NCBI GenBank assembly: GCA_011109175.1
Contig: RDEW01000010.1
Coordinates: 893,658-957,657 of the forward strand
Direction: 5' to 3'
Length of the DNA stretch: 64,000 nt
From: Dicyema japonicum
Lineage: Eukaryota > Animalia > Dicyemida
Of this stretch, positions 37,050 to 51,049 are shown one piece after another; within the stretch, counting starts at the first letter, position 1; the number at the start of each line of letters is the position of its first letter. The notes under the pieces are model-generated. The model did no database searches, was not told the origin of the DNA, and saw only the letters and a program-made list of their open reading frames with translations. Made by a program: the position numbers and the translations under genes.

Positions 37050-38560
37050 TGCAAGCTAACAACCTAATGAAATATTACGCATCCATAAGTCACAAGGACT
37101 TCTCGAAATGGCATTCTTGTCACCTTCGAATTTAATGCCTAAACCAACTTCGTGGATCAATTTATTTACGCATGCCGAGGTCACACAGGCTATAAGATCG
37201 ATGCAATTTTCATCCACATATTTTTCACTCTTACTTCCAGGGAAACAAACTCACACAATTCTTGGGATATGATCTTCAGGTTACGAACCCTTAGATTTAG
37301 TCTGTAGAACAAAGATGTACCCGTTCCTGCAACCGAGCCAGACTTCCATTTAATATCAAGAGAACAATATCCCTCAAGTTGAAAATTATCCTCACTTTTT
37401 AACTTCGTTTCATTAACAATTAATATATCAACGGGATTGGTGGATAGCATATGCACAATCTCAGAACGCCTTCTCTTTAAGGATCGGGCGTTTACCGCAA
37501 TGATAGTAAGAACAGACTTCATACTTGTAGAACCTCTGCCTCTCCAAAAAAGAGGGCCAACAGGTTCCTGACGTCAAATCCTTTTTCGGCACAAATATAA
37601 ACCAGTTTGTCAACAGCATTTATCAATTCCAAATCTGCAACTGGGCCTTCCACCAAATTAGGAGTACTGACAGTATTTCCTTTGTTCATGTAATTGAAAA
37701 CAATGTTTGTATAGTCAGATGCTCTATTTGTATTTACGGTCGACACTTTCGCGTCCATTTAGGTCGAAAAATCACACTTTATGGAGCGTGTAGATTTCCC
37801 CTAAACACTTTCAACAGCCTCAGCTTTAACTCATTTAACTGGTCGAAACATTTTCTTAGTCTTGTCTTTTGTTCTTCTTTCTTCAAAGGCAGCCTTTGCT
37901 GAAGAACAACCACCATAACAAGCCAAATGACCAACTGTCCCGCAGTTAACGCATTTCCTTTCACTGTCCTTAGCCAAACAAGAGTTCAAATTGTGTTCTC
38001 CACCACAAATTAAGCACCTTTCCTTTTCCTTGCAGAAATTCGCAATGTGCCCAAATTTTTGACATCGATAGCACCTAGTTACCGGTATTCTGTACCATTC
38101 AAAACGAACTTTCTGGAACCCAAACACCATCTCCAGTCTCACAAGCGACGTGTGTTTCGCTCTAGAACAAGAAGAGTGCCCCCGTCCTTCAAGAAACGTT
38201 GGAAAGAGAAACCAGGTCGTAGAGTTTCTATAAAATAAAGATTCAAGTCATCATCTGAGACCCAAGAAGGGATTCCCTTCACAACAACAGTGGAAGGATA
38301 TAGGAAGTGGTAAAAACATTTCCATCAATACCAAATGGCGCTCTCAAGCCAAAATCATCGACACAAGCGTCCATATCCTCTTTTGAGGCAAATTCAAGCG
38401 TAAATATGCTTGATTTCCTTAATGTAATTTGTGCCTTATTGGCAGTCGCTGAGTTCGATAGTATGTTAAAACGTTTAATCCGTCCCAAAGCCATGTTTTT
38501 AATTTCCAGATTCACTAGAAGAGAATCATAAGCTAAGTTGGACGAAACAGCTTGTCCTGA
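37050..38560 (-). mobile_element. Family B LINE 5' part (gag-like ORF1 + APE start)
   Basis: CYRCQKFGHIANFC, CLICGGEH..C, CVNCG..H..C knuckles; VNARSL..VNETK. Confidence 0.85.
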
Positions 38561-38799
38561 TACAACAATGTCATATAGTTGAAGGTGGGTATTTCAATCC
38601 CCTTCTTTGATTTAGACTTCACTGTCGGTTTACCTTCATTAGCCAGTTTTCCTTTCTTGGTCGTTGACTCTTTCCCAACTTTCCTTTTGTTGAAATTTTG
38701 ACACACATAACGCAATTATTATCCAATATCCAAACCAAAGATAGATAGTAATAATAATGTGCAAATAAAAAAAAGCAAATTACGAGAATGAAAATGAAT

Positions 38800-41700
38800 T
38801 AAAACAAAGTTATGGAATATTTATCTATCAGTCCGCCGGTTGGCCTGGACTGTTCATCTGGGTACTCCTCTTCCTTGATATCCATCCAATTACTTGTCTA
38901 GTTAGTTAAGCATCCTAATTTATTTCCTGAACGTTGCAGGTACAAAAATGAACAAGAAGGTTTTCAAGCTTACAAACAACTTTCTTGTACATAAAAGTGC
39001 TTGAAGCGCCTTCTTCCTTCTTCGTCTAATGTCCTCCATGAAGGAACCTTTCCCGTCGATTACTATCCCGAGGTAGCGCAGTGAATTTATTTTAGGAATG
39101 TCAAGTGAGTAAAGCTGCGTATGATGCCTCCTTAGGCGACTGATTCTTAAATAGGTGGACTTCTCAGTGGACAGTTTCATCCCTCTCTTGGTGCACCAGT
39201 CCTGTACTTGTTCAATGAATGACTTGATTTTTTTCAGAGAGAGTTGATTTCCCGGATGTATCCGTGATCAGAATATCATCAGCGTATATCAATAATCTGG
39301 TGTTCGTATCCGGTGGAGTTAGGAAGTCTGACAAGAATATGTTGAACAGAAGTGGGCTCAAGACAGAACCCTGTGGAACTCCCCTCTTCAGTATGATATC
39401 TTTTGACATATTTGCTCCAACACGTACTTGGGAAGTCCGTCATGTTAGGAAGTCCTTTATCCACATGAAAAGTTTCTTTTGAATATCAGCAGCTGCTAGC
39501 CTTGATAGGAGGGCTTCGTGCCACACGCTATCAAAAGCCTTGGACAGATCCAAACATACCAGGTTGACTAGTCTTTTGAATTCCAGGCCTCTCAATACCA
39601 TTGAATGCATCTGGTAGATGCAGTCCGTGCATGATTTTCAATCCATGCAGGTCTGAAGCCACATTGTTCTGCGAGGAGGAAACCACTTTCTTCTATGTGG
39701 TCGTTAAGCCTTCTGAAGATAATTCGTTTGATAATCTTGGAGATCGAGCAGATGAGGCTTATCGGCCTATAGCTGAGTGGGTCCCTCCTCGATTTTCCCG
39801 GTTTCAGAATCATTCTGACTATAGAAGATTTCCAGCGTTTTGGGACATGGCCATAATGAATGCTTGCATTGAATAAATTCTTTAGTATAGGAAATAGATC
39901 CTCTGGGCCTTCCTTGAACAATCTCATTCTTAGATGGTCATGTCCAGGAGCATTAGCCTTGCTTGTCATGATTGCAGTCATGACGTCTTCCGTAGTTATA
40001 TTCATTTCAGTATCTTTGAGATCGTCCAAAGAGTAAATTAAAATTTCACGTGAAGAATCTAACATCTCCCTTGGAATCAGCTCCATCGGGTTGACCCCCT
40101 GAATGCGGCCTAGTTGCTTCTTAAAGATATCTGGGGAACATAGTCCACCTTTTGCCTTGGTCAAGGAGATTTTATGTCATTCCTTTTCTGGCCAGTTATT
40201 CTTTTGTAGAACTTCTAGAACGAGGGGTTTTTGGTATTTAGTTTGCTTGCCTCTACCCTCAAACATTGTTCTTGAGACAGTCTTGTTTCCTCTTCAATGG
40301 CTTTTTTGGTTATCTTCAATTGTCCGGTCAATGCAATCCAGTCTATCCAGTGCACACATCTTCTGAGTTTGGTCCTCAGGCGATTCCTTTCATTGATCAA
40401 AGATAATGTGGAACGAGAAAGACTGATGCTCTTTTCATGATTGGTATTTGAGGATCTCCTCCTTGCGTAAAGCATTAAGTATGTCTCCATCATGATGGAG
40501 AGTTCATTGTCTGTGATGTCGACTTCACTTCGGGAGTAATTTTTATCCTTCCAGTCTTTTTAGGTTTCTTGATATGTACCTTCTGTAGTGTTCCCAGTTT
40601 ACTCTTGTTAGGTCGTAACCTGTAAACACAGATTCCATGGACTCTGGAGCTAGGTTCAATAATATCTCTTTGGGTATATGGTCGCTCCCGATGTCCCACA
40701 TGATCATCGGCTTCTATACAAAAGTGTAGAGCAGTGGTGACATGGACTCTGGAGCTAGGTTCAATAACATCTCTTGGGGTATATGGTCACTCCCGATGTC
40801 CCACATGATCATCGGCTTCTCTACATAAGTGTAGAGCAGTGGTGACACCAGGAACACCCCAAGCATGTCTCCCCCATAGTGCGAGTAATGATTCGGTTTC
40901 TCCGATGTCAAAATCTCAAAGCCAGTCTTATCACTCAATTTTCTTAATCTGATTCCATCATCGTTAGTTCCGAGGCACCCATATTTAATGTTCTTGCCAT
41001 TTAGATCACCCACTAGGATAGACATATCGTTTCTTGTCAAGAATTCTTCAATTTCCGTAGAGCACTTTCTAAGGTCTTTTGAATACATTCCACTGACGTG
41101 TATTCAACGGCCACAGCATCTCACCTCGACGGANAGCCAGTCTTATCACTCAATTTTTTTAATCTGATTCAGTTCCGAGGCACCCATATTTAATGTTCTT
41201 GCCATTTAGATCACCCACTAGGATAGACATATCGTTTCTTGTAAAGAATTCTTCAATTTCTGTGGAGCACTTTCTAAGGTCTTTTGAATACATTCCACCG
41301 ACGTGTATTCAACGGCCACAGCATCTCACCTCGATGGAAACAAATTCACAGTGTGTATTCATAATAATTTTTGGCTCACGTATCTGTAGAACATCACTGT
41401 AGAACAATGTGGTTCCAGTTCCAGCTTCTGCACCTTCGACCCATGGAATTTCTATAGAATTGTATCCCTGTAGCATTGTGGTGTTGGTCTTTTTCACCTT
41501 GGTCTCGTTGACCACCAGGATGTCAATCTTGGTGGACGATAGTAGTAGTGCCAGGTCATGACGCCTCTTCTTTAGGAATCGGGCGTTCACCAGCACTATC
41601 TTCAAGTTTCTTTTCAATTTTCTTGTTGGTGGCCCGGGCTCTCCATGGCCAGGTCCACCATACTGCGTAAATCCACCCCGAGTATGCTGCTTAGCTCCTT

Positions 41701-42770
41701 CAGTCTTGATATTATTTCCTTTAGTTCTTTTGTAATACTCCCTGATAACTTTTCCTTCGGTAGCCAGGCCGACTCTCGTGGAAGAGGTGCAGCTTCGTAC
41801 TTGTTAGTTCTTGCGCCAATTACCCTTTTTTGGGCTGGCAGTTCCAATTTCTTGATTATAATATCCGTCTGTTTTGGTTCCCTGTTGTCGATTCGGGAGT
41901 TTAACTTTCGTCTGGCCTCCATGAATACAGGGCATCCTTCGTATCTTGCGCCGTGTTTTGTTGACCCGCAGTTAACACATTTTCGTTCAAGAGTCGGATC
42001 CGCATCACACTTGGTGGTGTCGTGTTCTCCCGCGCAACGGAAGCATTTTTTCTTTCCCGTGCACTGGTATTTGCTGACAGCTGTAGCAGATTGGTGGTCA
42101 TTTTCGCATCCATTCACAAGAAATCTTGTTCGTCCTGATGTAGAAGCCACATCGTATTAGTGATGTAGCCTCCGACTTCATATTGCTTGTGGCCTTCTCC
42201 AATGGCATGGCCTGCGATTCTCTGGTCATTCGGGTAACCTTCATGACTGAGTGAGCTATCTCCTGAAGGTAGTCCAAGAGTTCATCCTCTTTCACCCAAA
42301 AGAAGAGGTTCTTGAGGGCAATCTCAGACGGTTTTGTTGAGATCGTCTTAAAATTGTGATTGTCATTACCAAAGGGGCAGGTTTCATTCACAGCTTCTAT
42401 AAAGGTGGCCACATTGGAGTTATCAAGGAAATCAAGTCGGAAGGAGCCCGGTCCTCTGTGGCTCATCCTCATAGATCCGTATTGGTCATAGTATTGTAAA
42501 ACGTTTGCGATTTTAATCGCATTCATAGTAGAATTCACTGTGATTAATATAGTCTTGTTCTCTAAATGATCAGCTTTCACTAGTTCATTTGTAGATTTAG
42601 ACATTTCCTTGGGATCGTGTTTTGTAATGACATTCGCTGGTTTAGCAGGTTTTTCCTTATGCGGCGTCTTGTTCTCTAAAAAGAATGATTCAGCTGTAGC
42701 ACTTCACGTAGGACGAGAAGAGCTACAGCTTTTTCACTGTTGTGGTTTTTATTACAGTTTTTGCAGATCT
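38800..42770 (-). mobile_element. Near full-length family B Jockey/I-group LINE, degraded
   Basis: ORF1 knuckles (41614-42604), APE VNAR/NETK/GDLNGK/DIGSDH, RT YRPISL, KAFDS, PQGSVLSP, YADD; internal duplications near 40625-40735 and around the N at 41134. Confidence 0.85.
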
Positions 42771-43937
42771 CTTTGTGTTAGCTTTTTCAACCATAAAAAT
42801 TGATTTTTTTTTAAATTACAAATAATCAAAAATCGATTATTCAAAGGTTTTCGATAAAGATATAACAGAGTCTATGTTTAGGAAGCTCTTATACATTCAA
42901 AGACGCCGACAAGTACTTGGTGAGCAATTGGCCCTGGACCCTGTTGAAGATATGTATCGGTTTCTATATTTAATTCACCGTCTCTTGACCCTAATATTTC
43001 TAATTTTTTTTCACTCAAAAAACCCTCCACGTCTTCCAGATAAAAAATTGGCCAGCTATAACTTCAAGTTAGGGCGAGTTGGATGATATATTGTCTTAGT
43101 TCTGCCACGTGGTGTGACATATCTTGAGAAGAATAAATAATGTGTTGAGAATTTATATTAGTTCTTTTGACTTCTATGATTTTTTCTTGCACCTAGCTTC
43201 CCAAGGTTCTGAATTTTTAACAGCAAATTTCAACATGTGTTTACGTTAAATGCTATAACTTGTCTAAAAAAAGTTCCTTCTTTCTCATACGCCGATGTTA
43301 TCATCCATGCTACCAGGGATAGAGAATATCGAATGGACACTGATTATAAAAGAAATTCTGGACCCACTGGCTTGACTAATTCTCGCAAAGTCCTTTCCAA
43401 TCATTTGCAAGTAGCACTACAGTATCACAGCTAGAATTCTTTAACCGACAAATATATTATGGTCAATGTTATCTTTCGTTAATCCTCGCATAAAATAACC
43501 ATAATACAAAAAGCAGCAAACTAAGTCATTGACCTAATTTCGAGTATATGTATCTTGAAGCAATATTGCTCTAATGACAGCCAACCTAACATGAACCTCC
43601 TCTATATAATACTTCTTAGATACTTTTAAAACTAATTAAACATGAGCTGACGACGTCGCCATCCATGCTGGATTGAGCAACCTATTGCCAGTCTTTATTA
43701 ATTTGTTAGCTAAGCACTATTTTTCAATTTAATTACGTAATTCCGTCGTGATAGCTGTTATCAAGTTCTCATGAAGTTCTACGCACGAACACAGTCCATT
43801 TTTCCAAAATGATTTCTCGTTACCTTAAAGTCTATGTAAAGATGATAGCTCATAAAATAATTCTCCTGTGAAAGAAAGCGAAACAAATTGTTAATTCGCT
43901 GGCCTATATAAACACACATTACGGCGTTCATATCATA

Positions 43938-45515
43938 ATGCTAAATTTTGTTAAAAAGAGTATTAACCAGTTAGAAAATTTGAAAGGGACTTTATTCACA
44001 ACACTAACTGGATTCGTATGTATTTTAATAATGGAGGCTCAAAGACACTGCTTCAGCATAACCTTGGCCGTTATTTTGAATGTTGATTCAACAAATCCTC
44101 ACAATGTATTAAATCAGGTCATTTGGAATAGAAAGATATTATTTTTTCAAATTTGGAGAGGGGAGGTGTTCTAATGACTTTCTACATAGGATACAGCCTC
44201 TCTCAACTGATCGGTCCCTTCCTGTCTTACACATACGGACCAAAATTCATGATTCTAATAATGACTATACAATCTACGTTGATTTTTGTTATACTTCCAT
44301 CAGCCTTGAAAAGGTCCACCTATGCAGTTGGATTCGCTAGATTTATTATGGGAGTTATTCAGGTTCAATGCTGTCTGAAAAACATATAGGGTGGAATTCT
44401 GCCTTCTCTATGTTTGTTGATTCAAAATTGGACTCCACCAGCGAAAAAAAACAAAATAATAAAATTAGTATCGTCAGGTTTTCTGTCTGATAATGATTAG
44501 GCTCATACTTTGGAATATTTCTTAGTTACATAGCAGTGGCAAGCAATTCATATAAAAATGGACCATTGGAACTGCCATTTAACATTTTTAGCAATTTTGT
44601 CATTTTTATCGTCATCTTAGGTGCCCTTGAGGTGATCTCCTGTATCTTACTAATGATATTCATAACGGATTTTCCAATCGACAACAAATGGATCTCAGTC
44701 AATGAAAAGGAACGCTTGAATAGAGAAGTAGAAGAATTAAAAATTTACAATGTATGATCAATCTAGTTACCTTTAGTTACTGGATATACCAGTCAAGAAG
44801 ATTTTTACCAAAGTACCAATTTTAGCAGTGGCTGGTGTTCAAATCTGCGGATGTTTAAGTTTGGCGCTTATTTGTACATATATTCCATTCTTGATTGATG
44901 GTCTTTACCATAAAACAGTCAAAAATGTTGATTATGTCTTTATTTTAGCAAATTCCGTTTTCCATCTTTCCCATCTTTATATGTTTTGGGGATATCATTG
45001 GAACTCCTTTTTGCGATTTACTCGTAAAAAAGAAAATCTTGAAAAAGCTGATTGCTGTTAAATTGTTCGCCATAATCGGTTGAGATCAATTTTTTCAAAT
45101 AGGTCTCATACCTACAGGATTGTCCTTACTTTTCGCTTCATTGACATCCAACGCAATTTTAGGGGGATTCTCTATCATAATAGCTTGTTTTTGTACTGGA
45201 ATATGTAGTTCAATTACATTCTCAAACATTGAAGATATCGGCAGACATCACAGTGAGTACATTGCGGGAGTTGTGAACAGCTTTGGATCACTATTGAGTG
45301 CATTTTTAATATTAATCACTTCAATTATAGTCACAAACACAGTAATTTGAATTTTAGAGTTTTAGACTTATTCTATCCAATGGTTGTACACCTTCGTACT
45401 TTTGGTTTGCCTACAGTTTACTTGCAGTGTGATCTTCGTTTTCTTCGCTCGTTGCTCTCCGATAACCATTAAACGACCATCACCAACTTACAATCCAATT
45501 TTAGTTAATTCATAA
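43938..45515 (+). CDS. SLC17-family MFS anion transporter (sialin/VGLUT-like), 8 exons, 468 aa, intact
   Basis: Removing introns 44106-44131, 44363-44389, 44478-44500, 44752-44776, 44927-44948, 45079-45102 and 45342-45365 gives a 1407-nt open frame with SLC17-like motifs (ERGGVLMTFYIGY, ARFIMG, NWTPP, DFP..WIS..E, NIEDI, GVVNSFG). Confidence 0.88.
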
Positions 45516-45569
45516 TCATAAACTTTTTTATTGTTTTTTTAACGTGAAAAAATTATTAACAATAAAATG

Positions 45570-47768
45570 TTATTTATTGTCGTATGTCATAAGAAACCGA
45601 GGCGTTGATACTGTCCGATTTGATAAGACAAATTTATCATTTGAAAACATTAACAACCACTAGGTTTTGACTCAAGATAAACAAAATAGAGAGAAGTTAA
45701 ATCCCCAAGGAAAATAGAAAAGTAAAATCCCGGAGTAAAGTAGAGATGTTAAATCCCCAAGGTAACCGAGATATAAGGTTACTTTATGGCAAATTCGGAT
45801 AGATTAATAGATAATTTTATTAACATAACAAACTCGTTGCTAATTAAAAACTAATTAAAAAGGGAGAAGCCGACGAGTTTGTCCTGGTTGATGGGGTTTG
45901 GTATAACGACCATATGTCTCCTTTGAAATATTGACCCATTGCATCCAACAAGAATTATTTTTTTAAGTGGTGCAATATTTCCTCAATGGATCTTGCACGT
46001 CTCTCATCACTAGGCGGTAATTTAGACTTTAAATCAAGTCCATATGGCAGTTTAATAACATATCTCTCGATTTATCGAGAAGCTCTACAAGAGTACTTCT
46101 CTCACCACTTTCAAACCATCCTTAGAAGCCATAAATTAAGAATGGTTCTATACAGGCTGTATACACATAAAGAAATGTTTCCGGACTCAATTAAAAATGT
46201 AGAAGCGATTTTAACATCGCCGTAGCTTTTTTCCTTTTTTTTGATATAATTAATGAAGGAACCCTTCGAGTTCACACAATCACCAAGATATTGTTACTGT
46301 TCCATGAATTTGATCGCTCCAGTTTTAATACAAATCTTTGATTTATTCTTGTAATTCACAATCCATGAAGTAATACACTTTTCAGAGATAAGGATAAACC
46401 TTTATCTCGGCACCAACATATAATTCTTTCGATATGTATCGGAACACATTTCCAGGAAATTGATCTATTAATACTAAGATCGAGCAAAAGAATATCATCG
46501 GCATAAATTAGCATTTTCGAATTTAGGTGTTCAATCTTCGGGATGTCACACATAACGCAATTGAATAAGAGGGGACTTAAGACAGACGCTTATGGAACCC
46601 CTTTTTTAACAAATATTTCTTCGATATATGATCTCCAACACGTATAAAAGATTCCCTACCAGAAAGAAAATCCTTCATCCACACTAGTGCCTTTCTCCCA
46701 ACATTAAAATTTGACAAAGTTTTCAACAACCCAGCATGCCAAACGCTATCAAAACCTTTGATNATCGAGCAAAAGAATATCATCGGCATAAATTAGCATT
46801 TTCGAATTTAGGTGTTCAATCTTCGGGATGTCACACATAACGCAATTGAATAAGAGGAAACTTAAGACAGACCCTTATGGAACCCCTTTTTTAACAAATA
46901 TTTCTTCGATATATGATCTCCAACACGTATAAAAGATTCCATACCAGAAAGAAAATCCTTCATCCACACTAGTGCCTTTCTCCCAACATTAAAATTTGAC
47001 AAAGTTTTCAACAACCCAGCATGCCAAACGCTATCAAAAGCCTTTGATATGTCTAGACATAAGACATTCTCTATTCTTCTTAGCAACACATATAAAATTT
47101 GATAATATTGAGAAACAATCTCCAGTCCATCTAGTGGGGCGAAAACCTCACTTTTCATCGAAAGAAAATTGTTGTCTTCAACGTATTTTCATAATCTGTT
47201 GAAAATGATTTTTTCCATAATTTTCGATATACTGCATATTAGGCTTATTAGCCTATAGTTCTCTGGATTTGAACTAGCATTTCCCTCCTTCGGGATCATC
47301 CGCGAAAACCTCACCTTTCATCGAAAGAAAATTGTTGTCTTCAACGTATTTTGATAATTTGTTGAAAATGATTTTTTCCATAATTTTCGATATACTGCAT
47401 ATTAGTCTTATTGGCCTATAGCTCTCTCGATTTGAACTAGCTTTTCCCTTCTTCGAAATCATCCGTACAAAAAACTTCTTCCAAGTAGAAGAAACATGTC
47501 CAGAACACCACGAAGAATTAAATAAAGCCCATAACGTTTTCAATAATGGTATTCCAGCATTTTTGAAGATTGTCAGGGGGATAAAATCCCAACCAGGAGC
47601 TTTATTTTTGCATCCATTACTAGCAAGAATTATTTCCTCTATAGTAATCGTCCCACACAAAGGCCCCTCCACAAGCGGGGATGGCTCCTCCTCAAGAAAA
47701 CTAGTATGTATGCCTCGGGGAATAATTAACAGAGGATCCAATTCTTGTACCTCTGCGAGCTGTTGTCT
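45570..47768 (-). mobile_element. Family C Jockey/I-group LINE (RT + 3' UTR), with duplications around the N at 46763
   Basis: PGWDFIP, YRPI.LI, KAFDSVWH, YADD; 3' UTR is shared with 51363-51600. Confidence 0.8.
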
Positions 47769-47889
47769 NNNNNNNNNNNNNNNNNNNNNNNNNNNNNNNN
47801 NNNNNNNNNNNNNNNNNNNNNNNNNNNNNNNNNNNNNNNNNNNNNNNNNNNNNNNNNNNNNNNNNNNNNNNNNNNNNNNNNNNNNNNNN

Positions 47890-48495
47890 TCAGTTGTCTG
47901 AGGGCTGTCAAAGACTTCATGTCCAACAGATGGCATCTCTTCAGCCGGTCTCTTTGTTTTATAAGACTTATTGTATAAGAGCTGAGGGTAGGAATAAACT
48001 TCTTGTATGACGATATAGGAATAAAAATATGGTCAGCTTTCTGAATGGCAGCGCTGATAATTTCTGCGGCCTCGTCAATAGAGCGTATTGGGAAGGATAA
48101 TCTCCCGGCCAAGAATTTATCCACAAGGTTACTGAAACCAGACCAGTCAACCTTCGTATAATCCTTGAATCTTTTTGATTCCGCCGACCGTCTCCTGTAT
48201 CGTCGAAGACCTCTCAATTTTAGAAGGATTGGATTGTGGTCACTGGGGAAGCCGTAAAAGACGTTCCAGGAAATGAGTCCAGCCAGAGAAGGTGAGCATA
48301 ATGTTAAGTCGGGGGATGTGCAGCTATCAGTTATCCTTAATGGGGTCCTCGTATGTGAGTTAGGGTTGTTCAGTATAATCAGGTCAGGAAAATAATTTGC
48401 AATGAGTTCTCCTCGGTTATCAGAGGATTGGGAAGTAAGCCAAACGGGATGTCGTGCATTAAGATCCCCACATAACAGTAGATTTTTCAACGTTG
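47890..48495 (-). mobile_element. Family A LINE APE fragment
   Basis: LLLCGDLNARHP, TSPDL, PSDHNP. Confidence 0.75.
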
Positions 48496-48501
48496 AAATG
48501 C

Positions 48502-50030
48502 ATGAAAATTGCTCATCAATATTTTCATGCTTTTTATTTAAAAATTAAAATCTTTAATCTCATTTTTAAACTAACTTATTAATTTTATTTTTTTAAAATT
48601 AAATATTCGCTTTAGTTAACGAACCCGCCGCTGGCTATTTGAGCGAATCTCGCTCGCAATTTTGAGAGGGAACAGCCACGCAGTGAGGGCGGCAACTACC
48701 TGACTTCTATTGTTTAATAATAGTACAAAGTAAAAAAAAAAGTTAACGAATTTAAAGCAAAATTAAAAAATAGCGTGACACAAAAAATTGCTCAGTTTTG
48801 TCGTGAATTCAAAATGGAGGTTATGTGCGGTTCCAGGAAAAAACATTTATCAGATTTTGTAAAAGGGATGATAGGCCATTTTAATGATAGAAAAACCATC
48901 AGAGAAATTTCCCGCATTCTCAATTTATCATTTTCAACTTAACATCAGGAAATATCGTAAATTTGGATCAATTTCTCGTTAGTCTGGATCAGGACGTTTA
49001 CCGAAATTAAATTTAATAGATGCTGAATTTTTATATACTGAATCCAAAAGTCAACCGACGTTGTTGGCGCAAGAATAATCCACAATAACTAAGGAAAAAT
49101 TTAATATTACCGTTTCCTCACGGACAATTACCAGAATATTAAATCGAAATGGATTATACTGTAGACATGCTAAAAGAAAGCCATTTATATCCCAAAAAAA
49201 TATTGATTTGAGATTGGTATTTCAACAAAATTTATTTCCCTTTCGGATGAGACATGAAAATCGGTAATATTTTCCGATGAATATGTTTTCAATGTTTTTT
49301 CTAACAAGAAACATCAACTTATTTATAGAAAAAAATACAGCCTTTCAAAATGTCAATTTACTTCCCACTGTAAGTTTGGAGGAGGCCGAGTTATGATTTG
49401 GGGTGTATATCATATAGCGGTGTCGTCAATATTGTTTTGGTAGATCAAAACATGAATAGTGCATGTTATATTAATTTATTAGCCAATAATCTGCAACAAT
49501 CTGCAGAAAAAATGGGCCTAAAATCAATTATTTTTCAGCAAGAAAACGCTCCATGCCATACACCTTGAAAGATCAAAGAATTTTTTGAAAGAGAAAAATA
49601 TCAAATTCTCGATTGGCCGTCACAATCACCAGATCTCAACCCCATAGAGCATGTATGGACCTTTATGAAGAATCGATTGGGTAAAAATCACCCAAAAATA
49701 TATCATAGCTAAAAATATAGCTCAAAGAAATATGGGAATCAATTCCACCAAATTTTTGTAAAAAATTAGTCATGTCAATGAAAGAAAGACTAAAGGAGTA
49801 CATATACCGTATTAAATATGGATTCTCTAGTTAATTTTTAATTTGAGCAATTTATTTTGTAGGGGTAATTTTTAATTTTGCTTTAAATTCGTTAAATAAA
49901 GGGAATATTTAATTTAAAAAAAATAAAATTAATAAATTAGACTAAAAATAAGCTCAAAAATTTTAATTTTATTAATTTTCATATGAAAATCATGAAAATA
50001 TTGATGAGCAATTTTCATTGACCGGCACTG
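48502..50030 (+). mobile_element. Tc1-like DD34E transposon with long imperfect TIRs, pseudogenised
   Basis: HTH KTIREISRIL, IFSDE, KFGGGRVMIWG, QQENAPCH, WPSQSPDLNPIEHVW; inverted repeats of roughly 170-190 bp; right end ..CCGGCACTG|TA; extreme left tip missing. Confidence 0.88.
48624..48740 (+). mobile_element. 117-bp A-tailed retroposed insert in the Tc1 left TIR
   Basis: 10-bp TSD AGTTAACGAA (48614-48623, 48741-48750); absent from the right TIR. Confidence 0.75.
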
Positions 50031-50109
50031 TAGATAAATATCTATGGTTTTGTTTGTGCCCTTCTCTTTACTTAAATTTTCAACATGCAACTTTCCTCCG
50101 TGATCACTT

Positions 50110-50375
50110 TCGAAGTTCATCACTGTTATCAATGTCCTATCAATATAAGCATAATCTTGACCAAGATAGAGAGGAAGCGTAGTTCTCTGACGTCCATGAA
50201 AGCCCCCAGTTACATTTTGATTGAAAAAATCATTTATAATGATCGAAGTTCATCACTGTTATCAATGTCCTATCAATATAAGCATAATCTTGACCAAGAT
50301 AGAGAGGAAGCGTAGTTCTCTGACGTCCATGAAAGCCCCCAGTTACATTTTGATTGAAAAAATCATTTATAATGA
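50110..50375. repeat. 133-bp direct tandem duplication
   Basis: TCGAAGTTCATCACTG... starts at 50110 and again at 50243. Confidence 0.85.
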
Positions 50376-51049
50376 GGTTACATGGTGTCACCATATCCAT
50401 AGGGAGATTACGGCCAAAAAGTCGCCAGCTCGTAAAGAGTTAATTTCTTAGGCCAGGATATGTAATATTTGCAAAATCAAATAAAGAAGATAGTATAGTA
50501 GAAGCAGGACCGTTGTCTGTGGGGCTGGATAATGTCACAAGAACTAATATCAACATCGTTGGGAATATTGGTGCCCAAATCAACTTGCATTCACTATCTG
50601 CCATTATTGAAGAGGTCCACTGTGTCTCTGAAGCTGAGTGGGTATCTCAGATTTTTCTTGCCACGAAACAAAGATTTGGAAGGATACCTAGAGGTGGCTG
50701 GAACCTCGTACTTAAAAAGTTCAATGAAAAGTACTCCAAGAGTTCCAGTCTATGTCAGCTAAAAAAGATGCTGAAACCTGAAAATCGGAATAACAATGTA
50801 AAAGGAGGCGAATGTTTCAAAGTGCAATTAATACTAATGTGGAAATTTCTACCTTCAGAAATTGCCTTGAGGAACTAAAAGTACAAATTGAGAAAATTAA
50901 GTCAATTTTGAGGGATACTCGAAAACCAACACCCAAAATTCAGAGAAAGTATGTCAGAGTTAATGTTTTGTCGGGACTAAATTCTGCAATATAATTATAT
51001 TACGAAAGATAATCCGCCTCAAGATATCAATCAAATTACTTAAGATTTT

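Noticed and set aside
47769-47889. Long ORFs running through N gaps (47274-48490, 55015-56890)
   Set aside because: Their lengths are artefacts of untranslatable Ns
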